Source: Octopus sinensis (Eukaryota). From it: a stretch of 14,703 nucleotides of DNA. A program made the translations under genes and the position numbers. Location: positions 1 to 14,703 of the forward strand of contig NW_021825747.1 in assembly GCF_006345805.1 (NCBI RefSeq), given 5' to 3'. A model generated the notes under the pieces. That model made no database searches and was not told the DNA's origin. It saw only the letters and a program-made list of their open reading frames with translations. Shown piece after piece: positions 7,981 through 14,703 of the stretch (position 1 is the first letter of the stretch; each line of letters starts with the position of its first letter).

Positions 7981-8421
7981 GGATCTTTTCAGTTTGAACG
8001 GCAGTTTTTACATAATTTCTAGGTAACTAAAAAATTTTAAACTTCGTATACTCGTAGAATGTGTTTATAAAACATCTTTTTCTCATGGCTTTATTGAGAA
8101 AATTCTATAGTTTGTAAGATATTTGTTGTTGTTTTCTTCAATTTCTGCAATTTCAACCAATCAGTGACGTCTATTGAGTTAAAAAGCATTCTGTGCCGTA
8201 TGAATATGTCCCTCGTTTAAGAAACAGGTTGGGTTTATTTACATTTGTGAAGAAAAAAAAGATACCCTTCCCCCACCCCTAACCCTAACCCTAACTAGCC
8301 CTAACTAACCCTAACCCTAAAAGATATTGAAATGCAATAGATCGATTCTAGGGTCATAATTATGGGTGACAATTTCATATGACACCGATAGAAAAAACTG
8401 CCGTTCAAACCGAAAAGAACC
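7981..8421 (+). mobile_element. Non-autonomous TIR DNA transposon (MITE) with internal telomeric repeats, copy 1
   Basis: 29-bp TIRs GGATCTTTTCAGTTTGAACGGCAGTTTTT and, as reverse complement, GGTTCTTTTCGGTTTGAACGGCAGTTTTT (27/29). 8-bp TSD TAGAAAAC (7973-7980) / TACAAAAC (8422-8429), 7/8. CCCTAA units at 8277-8320. Collinear with 14046-14518. Confidence 0.92.
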
Positions 8422-8588
8422 TACAAAACTTCTGTTTTTCTTTGGACCATCAAGTTTTAATAGATTCGTAGGGCCGCCATCTTTGACATATGGTGTGCTT
8501 TGGGCTTCTTAAACTTGGCTGAGCCCATCTCTCATAACGTATGAAAACAGCAAGTTTCCCTGAGAGAGAGAGAGATTAAGAAAGAAGA

Positions 8589-8670
8589 ATCGACCCCAAT
8601 ATAAACTGATACATTATTTGTCGATTTCGTGAGATAGTTGAACTCACAACGTAGACTGTCGAAAAGAATA
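8589..8670 (-). mobile_element. Highly decayed family-A SINE remnant
   Basis: ATCGACCCCAATATAAACTGATAC..TCGA..TTGAACTCACAACGTA resembles ATCGACCCCAGT..AACTGGTAC..TTGAACTCAGAACGTA at 122-213. Confidence 0.5.
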
Positions 8671-8795
8671 CTAATAGTATTCAATCAAACGTCCAAATGA
8701 TGCTACCAATTTGTGTTGCTTTATAGGGGGCCAAGAAGATGCTGATATTCTTTAAAATTTTAAACAGAGCTGCTCCTATGGTTATTTGCTCATTT

Positions 8796-9120
8796 GCCGG
8801 GTCATAGTGCTAGTGCATGCATACACAGCTGCGTTGCTGCGCTCATACACGCGAGTACTGTCCAAATCTCTGACCAATCACATACACTTAGCTGGCATTC
8901 AATTGGCGTATCAAGTTTCGGGCATTTTGATTGGGTTTTGGATAGAAAATTCACAAAAAAGTCACTTCTATTGATCTTTTAATGGCTTTGCGGGGTGACT
9001 GGAGAAATGTAAAAGATGTGCACGACCACCCTTGGACGGTTTTGAGTGACCATAGAAAGTGTGAGCCCTCTAACTGAAAAATTGTGGATTTGTATAAAGA
9101 ACACGCACACACACACACAC
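8796..9120 (+). mobile_element. Helitron/Helentron-like non-autonomous element (HINE-like), copy A
   Basis: Collinear with 9621-9963. It ends in GAAAAATTGTGGATTTGTATAAAG plus a (CA)n tract, like DINE-1/Lep1-type elements, and has no TIR or TSD. The superfamily call is inference. Confidence 0.55.
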
Positions 9121-9478
9121 AAAATTCATAGAACATTTTAAATCAATAAACAAATATTCGCAACTAAAAGGCATCAAATCTACAAAAACATCGACTGCAG
9201 ATGTTACTGTCACCGCTACTGCTGTTCTTGTCGGTTAAAGTTGTTGCTAAGCATGACTTCCGTATATTAAGAAGATCCGGGTAATATGTTGTGGGGAAGT
9301 GTCTATTCCTGCAGCCTCGAGTCTTGTGAGTGGAATTAGGCAGGCAGAGACTGAGCGAAACTCCATCGGATCGAATTGTACACCGGAAGATCAAGGTGGA
9401 GCCTTGTAACACAAGCGGTGATGCTGATTCTGCCCCTGAGGTTTAACTCAAAGAAGGTACACGTGTATACATGCGTGC

Positions 9479-9480
<2 letters not shown>

Positions 9481-9540
<60 letters not shown>

Positions 9541-9616
9541 ATATAATATATATATATATATGTATATATATATAATATAATATAATATAATATAATATAA
9601 TATAATATAATATAAA
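9481..9616. repeat. (TA)n and (TATAA)n microsatellite
   Basis: Visible directly in the sequence. Confidence 0.95.
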
Positions 9617-9620
9617 TAAC

Positions 9621-9963
9621 GCGGGTCATAGTGCTAGTGCATGCATATACAGCTGCGTGCGTGCACACATACACGCGAGTACTGTCCAAATCTCCGACCA
9701 ATCACATACAGCTAGCTGGCATTCAATTGGCATATCAAGTTTCTGGCATTTTGATTGGGTTTTGGATAGAAAATTCACAAAAAGTCACTTCTATTGATTT
9801 TTTAATGGCTTTGCGGGGTGATTGGGGAAATGTAAAGATGTGCACGACCGCCCTTGGACGGTTTTGAATGACCATAGAAAGTGCGAGCCCTCTAACTGAA
9901 AAATTGTGGATTTGCATAAAGGACACACACACAGACATACATTTTGCCATTTATATATATAAT
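9621..9963 (+). mobile_element. HINE-like element, copy B
   Basis: Same family as 8796-9120; keeps the 3' end (CA)n-CATTTTGCCATTTATATATATA. Confidence 0.6.
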
Positions 9964-9978
9964 CACATTATATATATA

Positions 9979-10374
9979 ACTAGCAGTATCGCCCGGCGTT
10001 GCTCGGGTCTGTAAGGGAAATAATTATATAAACATTTTTAGAGATGTAAAGTATAATAGCCATCTCAATATGGCTAACCACAAAGGGGGAGGGGTGTTAC
10101 TGTAGCTTTTTACGTTCTGAGATTTAATAATACATTTTAGAGAGTTACTTCCCTTATATATGTCAAAAATGGATTAAAAATGTTAAAAATTGATGGTAAA
10201 TTTTTTTTTAAATCGCAGACTCATCGTAGACGCGCGCTAATACCCAGACGGTCTCGATATGAATCACGACTATAAGATACCCGGTTTTGGTTAAACTGCA
10301 CCGCAAAATGTAGGAGTAGTTAGGAATCTAAATCGTAGGAGACAGACACACAACCTCACTTTTATATAAAAGAT
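9979..10374 (+). mobile_element. HINE/Lep1-like non-autonomous Helitron-type element, apparently complete (second family)
   Basis: 5' ACTAGCAGTATCGCCCGGCGTTGCTCGGG (ACTAGC start plus CCCGG..CGGG hairpin) and 3' ..AGACAGACACACAACCTCACTTTTATATAAAAGAT. Both ends are typical of Lep1/DINE-1-like elements, and it sits in T/A-rich flanks with no TSD. Confidence 0.65.
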
Positions 10375-10436
10375 TTCCTCTATTTACATAATATTGAGGT
10401 CTCTTTCTTTCTTTTGTTATCTTACTGTTTTTACCA

Positions 10437-10493
<57 letters not shown>

Positions 10494-10553
10494 CAGAGAT
10501 GTACTTGCATAGCAAGTGACTTGATCTGAGATCGTGTGCTGGAACGAAAACAG

Positions 10554-10810
10554 TTGCAGCGTTGAAGGTGTTTAAGCCATTTAAGAAACACACAAAAACC
10601 GTTAGATTCACTTCAACATTTAAATTTAATTTGTCAAAATATTTTCGTCGCTTTGAGACCGCGACCTGTTAGCACGATATTTTTGTCAGTGAACAGGTCG
10701 CGGTCTCAAAGCGAGGAAAATATTTTGGCAAATTAAATTTAAATGTTGAAGTGAATCTAACGGTTTTTGTGTGTTTCTTAAATGGCTTACAAACACCTTC
10801 CACCCTGCAA
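10554..10810. repeat. Long inverted repeat (arms 10554-10670 and 10692-10810, 21-nt spacer); possible inverted pseudo-LTR of a Penelope-like element
   Basis: The arms are nearly exact reverse complements (..AAGCCATTTAAGAAACACACAAAAACCGTTAGATTCACTTCAACATTTAAATTTAATTTG..). The PLE interpretation rests on the embedded hammerhead fold. Confidence 0.9.
10682..10732 (+). ncRNA. Minimal type I hammerhead ribozyme-like motif, G3:C8 core variant, with one stem II mismatch in this copy
   Basis: Stem I TTTGTCA (10682-88) / TGGCAAA (10726-32); core GTGAACA (10689-95); extra G; stem II GTCGC / GCGAG; GAAA (10716-19); palindromic AATATT stem III; U-U cleavage site (10724-25). The opposite arm supplies the canonical GCGAC and TGACAAA. 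Confidence 0.6.
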
Positions 10811-10828
10811 TATATATATACACACACA

Positions 10829-10864
<36 letters not shown>

Positions 10865-10894
10865 TGTATGTGTGTATATGTGTATGCATGTATG

Positions 10895-11128
10895 TGTGTG
10901 TGTGTGTGTGCGTGTCTGTGCTTGTGATTGTCCTCCACCACTGCTTGACAACGAATGTTGGTTTGTTTACATCCCTGTCACCTAGTGGTTTGACAAAGAA
11001 ACAGATAGAATAAGTACAATGCTTACAAAAATAAAACTGGAGTTGATCATTAAACTACAATTCTTCAAGGCATTGCCCCAGCATGGCCACAGACCAATGG
11101 CTGGAAAAAGCAGAAGAATAAAAGAATA
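10895..11128 (+). mobile_element. SINE family B, 3' half, diverged
   Basis: (TG)n..GCTTGACAAC..GTTTACATCCCTGTCACCTAGTGGTT..GATAGAATAAGTAC..CCCCAGCATGGCCACAG..GAATAAAAGAATA. It is preceded by a (TA)/(TATG)n tract at 10811-10894. Confidence 0.7.
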
Positions 11129-11192
11129 CATTCTCTGCTTTGGTCTTATGTTCAAGGCATGAGAAAGCTTGAGTTTACATGAGAAGGCTAAC

Positions 11193-11510
11193 AGACCTGG
11201 TAGAAACAGCAGCCAAATCTCCCTCAAATCACACCTTACTGTCTTATGTATGTATATATATATGAGCCAATGAGGGAGACTTCTACATGGTAGCTAGACC
11301 TGGTAGAAATAGCAGCCAAATTTCCCCCAAATCACACCTTACTAGTCTTATCTATGTATATATGTATGTATGAGCCTATGAGGGAGACCCCTACATGGCA
11401 GAAATAGCAGCCATCTCCCTCAAATCACACCTTACCTGTCTTATATTGTATATATATATATATATACAAGCCACTACGGTTATTTAATGTAAAGTCTTCC
11501 TCAAATCACT
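11193..11510 (+). repeat. Minisatellite, ~100-bp unit, about 3 copies plus a partial
   Basis: AGACCTGGTAGAAA(C/T)AGCAGCCAAAT.TCCC.CAAATCACACCTTACT..GTCTTAT occurs at 11193 and 11296 (period 103) and at 11400 (shorter unit); a partial CCTCAAATCAC lies near 11500. Confidence 0.9.
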
Positions 11511-11749
11511 CTCTTGCTATTTACTCTCTTCCAAGAACATTTTCACTCACTCTTATCTCTTAGCTTCCCATACATTTTACTCATGTATCTATCAGCGTCA
11601 TAGACAGAAACAAATATTACATCGCCATCGCATTCTATTGTCTACCTGTCAACACACACACAGTGAATTAGTTTCATTTTATTCGTTGCACACTGTGTGT
11701 GTGCGTTTGCGTGTGGTGTAAACCACATTAAGAAAAGCATTTGACATAC

Positions 11750-11937
11750 ACACCAGAATGTGAGTTTTCTCTAAATTTTGCTTAATTGGGGTTGAAATTT
11801 TAAAAACCGGACCTGGCAAAACCCGATGCATTCTACTCTTAAAAATGCTAGGTAAATTGTAATTGAAGAAATCCTATATTGTAGATTTCTATAACTGACA
11901 AAGGGAGGCAGATAAAATCTGCCTTTTATAATAAGAG
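11750..11937 (+). mobile_element. 3' part of a HINE-like element with subterminal hairpin
   Basis: AGGCAGAT-AAA-ATCTGCCT hairpin (11906-11924) followed by TTTATAATAAGAG, resembling Helentron/HINE 3' ends. The 5' boundary is uncertain. Confidence 0.4.
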
Positions 11938-11940
11938 GAA

Positions 11941-12268
11941 GGCGCATGGCTCAGTGGCTTGAGCGTCGAGCTTACGATCGTGAGGTTGTGAGCTCGAATC
12001 CCGGACCGGGCTGTGTGTTGTGTTCTTGAGCAAGGCACTTTATTTCACGTTGTTCCAGTTCACTCAGCTGTAGAAATGAGTTGCGACGTTACAGGTGCCA
12101 AGCTGCATCAGCCTTTGCCTTTCTTTCCCTTGGATAACACTGGTGGTGTGGAGAGGGGAGGCCGGTATGCATGGGCGACTGCTGGTCTTCTATAAAACAA
12201 CATTGTCCAGACTTGTGCTTCGGGGGGTAACTTTCTACGTGCAATCTCATGACTGAAGGGAAGTCTCC
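11941..12268 (+). mobile_element. tRNA-derived SINE (family C) with CORE-like central block
   Basis: A box TGGCTCAGTGG (11947-57), B-box-like GAGCTCGAATCC (11990-12001), then CTTGAGCAAGGCACTT..CTCAGCTGTAGAAATG, which resembles the CORE block CTTGGGCAAGTCACTT..CTGTAAAATG. Confidence 0.8.
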
Positions 12269-12280
12269 TATATATATAAT

Positions 12281-12546
12281 CTTTTACTTCTTTCAATCAC
12301 TGGACTGCGCCCATTCTGGGGCAGTGTCTTTAACAATTTCTTAGTTGAAGTATCGAACCCAGTACTTATTCTTTTAAATCATGATACTTATTTTATCGTT
12401 TCTTTGCCGAACCGCTAAGTTATTGGGACGTAAACACCAGCCGAAATCTACTCACTAAGGCTTGATCGACCCGAGGCTACAGTAGAAGACACTTGCCAAG
12501 GTAACACGCAATGTGATTGAACCAAAAATCATGTGGTTGAGAAGCA
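12281..12546 (-). mobile_element. SINE family B, internally deleted copy
   Basis: The minus strand reads ..CAACCACATG..GGTTCAATC..CCTTGGCAAGTGTCTTCTACTGTAGCCTCGGGTCGA..GGTGTTTACGTCCC..AACTTAGCGGTTCGGCAAAG..AATAAGTACTGGGTTCGAT..GCAGTCCAGTGATTGAAAGAAGTAAAAG. Confidence 0.8.
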
Positions 12547-12554
12547 CTGCTCCT

Positions 12555-12652
12555 AGATAGATAATAGATAGATAGATAGATAGATAGATTAGATAGATAG
12601 ATAGATAGATAGAGATAGATAGATAGATAGATAGTATGATAGATAGATAGAT
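12555..12652. repeat. (GATA)n microsatellite
   Basis: Visible directly in the sequence. Confidence 0.95.
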
Positions 12653-13024
12653 TGTGAACTTTTATGCTTCTTTTTTCTTGTCTTTCCTCATCTCCTTATT
12701 TATTTACTCCTGTCCTCTATGTCGTCATTTCATTAATCTATACGCTCCTCATTTTCCCTATTTGTCTCTCTGATGACGGAATATCCCATACTCTGTAAGA
12801 CTCTGAATTTTTCCACTAATAATATCATATATGACTTGAGATGCTTGCCTTGCCTTAACGTTTGTTGTCCTCTTTAACAATTATATATCCGCTGTATCGG
12901 AAATCTGCAATAGCGCCATAACTATCGTCTCGGCCTATAACCTCGGAGCCCTAGTAATCTGTTATGGCACTTACCTAGCGTACCTAATCGTTTAGATACC
13001 TGTGAACTAAACCCCCATACTTTG

Positions 13025-13110
13025 TTAGATAGATAGACAGACAGACAGAAAGACAGACAGACAGACAAACAGACAGAAAGACAGACAGACAGACAGACAG
13101 ACAGATAGAC

Positions 13111-13184
<74 letters not shown>

Positions 13185-13266
13185 GCAGACAGGCAGACAG
13201 ACAGACGGACGGACAGATAGACAGACAGACAGACGGACGGCTAGACGGACAGACAGACAGACAGAC

Positions 13267-13361
<95 letters not shown>
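13025..13361. repeat. Compound (GACA)n/(GATA)n microsatellite
   Basis: Alternating GACA and GATA blocks with GGCA/GACG variants. Confidence 0.95.
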
Positions 13362-13363
<2 letters not shown>

Positions 13364-14045
13364 TGCACATACATGTATGTGTGCATTTATGTTTATATGT
13401 ACGTGGATGAGTCAAAGTAATGCAAGCAAAAATCGCATTACTGTCTGGCTCACCTTTGTACGCTTTTACATACGTATACACACATGTGGATAGACAGACA
13501 GATATACATAGATACATGAATAATAAACAGGTTTAGAAATTTTATGTACACTTGACAAATAACAATATTCTGCTGTTACAAGAGATGATGAAATTCATTC
13601 AAGTTTACTCAATCCGACCAGCAGGGAACTCTCTACGCCGACTCTCAATATTTCAAGAGATTGCAAGCAAATCACCCTTAAAATCACAACCTATCGGTTA
13701 AAATAGTGAAGACCCATTCAGGAATACTTCCACAATAAATACCTCAGTTCGTTCGCTCCCCGCAAAACATTAAGAGAAAATAAAGGAGAAAGAAACGGAA
13801 GAGGTTTTGCCTCGTGATAATAACAAGTTATATCCTCCATTACTACGCAAATCAAAAGACCGGGAAGAAATGCAATTACATTCAGCATTATAATCTTAGA
13901 AATTTAAACATGTAATGTACTCCTGGTAGTTCGCTATCATAAGGAAGACAGCGTAGGAAGTTTGAAATTGGAGGCAGGGTTGGAAGTTTGAAATTTAAAT
14001 CAAAAAGTAAAGCTTTATAGAATATATACATTTGATATTACTTTT

Positions 14046-14518
14046 GTATCTTTTCGGTTTGAACGGCAGTTTTTAAAAATAATTTCTAGGTAACTAAAAA
14101 ATTTTAAACTTCGTATACTGGTAGAATGTGTTTATAAAACATCTTTTTCTCTTGGCTTTATTGAGAAAATTCTATAGTTTGTAAGATATTTGTTGTTTTT
14201 TTTTCTTCAATTTCTGCAATTTCAACCAATCACTGACGTATTTGAGGTAAAAAAACATTCTGTGCCGTATGAATATGTCACTCGTTTAAGAAACAGATGG
14301 GATTTATTTACATTTCTGAAGAAAAAAAAATACCCTTCCCCCTAACCCTAACCTTAACTAACCCTAACCCTAACCTTAACTAACCCTAACCCTAACCTTA
14401 ACTAACCCTAACCCTAAAACAGATTGAAATGCAAAAGATCGATACTAGGGTCATAATTATGGGTGACAATTTCATATGATACCACTAGAAAAAATTGCCG
14501 TTCAAACCGAAAAGATCC
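14046..14518 (+). mobile_element. Non-autonomous TIR DNA transposon (MITE) with internal telomeric repeats, copy 2
   Basis: TIRs GTATCTTTTCGGTTTGAACGGCAGTTTTT (14046-74) and, as reverse complement, GGATCTTTTCGGTTTGAACGGCAATTTTT (14490-518), 27/29. Perfect 8-bp TSD TTACTTTT (14038-45 / 14519-26). Telomeric array at 14340-14417. Confidence 0.95.
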
Positions 14519-14703
14519 TTACTTTTTGCTATACATTATAAAGATCTTAAAATTTCCAATCGTTGGTAGCCATGTATAGCGCTATTTCGTCCTATTTGGA
14601 AGCGTCTGCACGGTATAAACCTGAGGCAAATAAATTCAGCTCGTTAAACATTCTTATAGAGGGAAAACAGTTTACAGTTTACAAAGCACATTTCAAGAAA
14701 ACT

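Noticed and set aside
8473-8483. YY1-like site GCCGCCATCTT
   Set aside because: A single short motif with no promoter context or supporting evidence.
11193-11510. CRISPR-like repeat-spacer array
   Set aside because: Whole units are homologous, there are no unique spacers, there are no cas genes and the context is eukaryotic.
11941-12010. tRNA gene
   Set aside because: A and B boxes are present but I could not fold a proper cloverleaf, and the sequence continues into SINE body; the same applies to the other SINE heads.
12912-12971. 11-bp stem AGCGCCATAAC/GTTATGGCACT as an HDV-like or twister ribozyme
   Set aside because: I could not place the required pseudoknot pairings or catalytic residues inside the loop.
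12922-13517. Long ORFs rich in YLSI/SVCL repeats, and similar YI/VC-rich ORFs at 2673, 3101, 4353, 9336, 10328-11013
   Set aside because: They are translations of microsatellites lacking stop codons.
14340-14417. True telomere or chromosome-fusion scar
   Set aside because: The repeats lie inside a TIR/TSD-bounded element present twice and are single-orientation and degenerate.

Overview
AT-rich, repeat-saturated eukaryotic non-coding DNA (intergenic or intronic) with no intact host gene that I can support. The SINE families, 5S sequence and microsatellite load look like an octopus/coleoid cephalopod genome; this is inference from recalled repeat families, not a database match. The window is a mosaic of decayed mobile DNA: a hAT transposase C-terminal relic, a non-LTR ORF1-like fragment bracketed by a 41-bp direct repeat, an RTE-clade LINE 3' end, a CR1-type LINE fragment, about eight tRNA-derived SINE copies or fragments, and an orphan 5S rRNA copy. 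It also holds Helitron/HINE-like non-autonomous elements, two copies of a TIR element with 8-bp TSDs that carries internal telomeric (CCCTAA) repeats, two long fold-back inverted repeats and many microsatellites. The most interesting signal is a minimal type I hammerhead-ribozyme fold with a compensatory G3:C8 core at the centre of the 10554-10810 inverted repeat. It can be rebuilt intact by combining the two arms and suggests a Penelope-like or retrozyme-like family.
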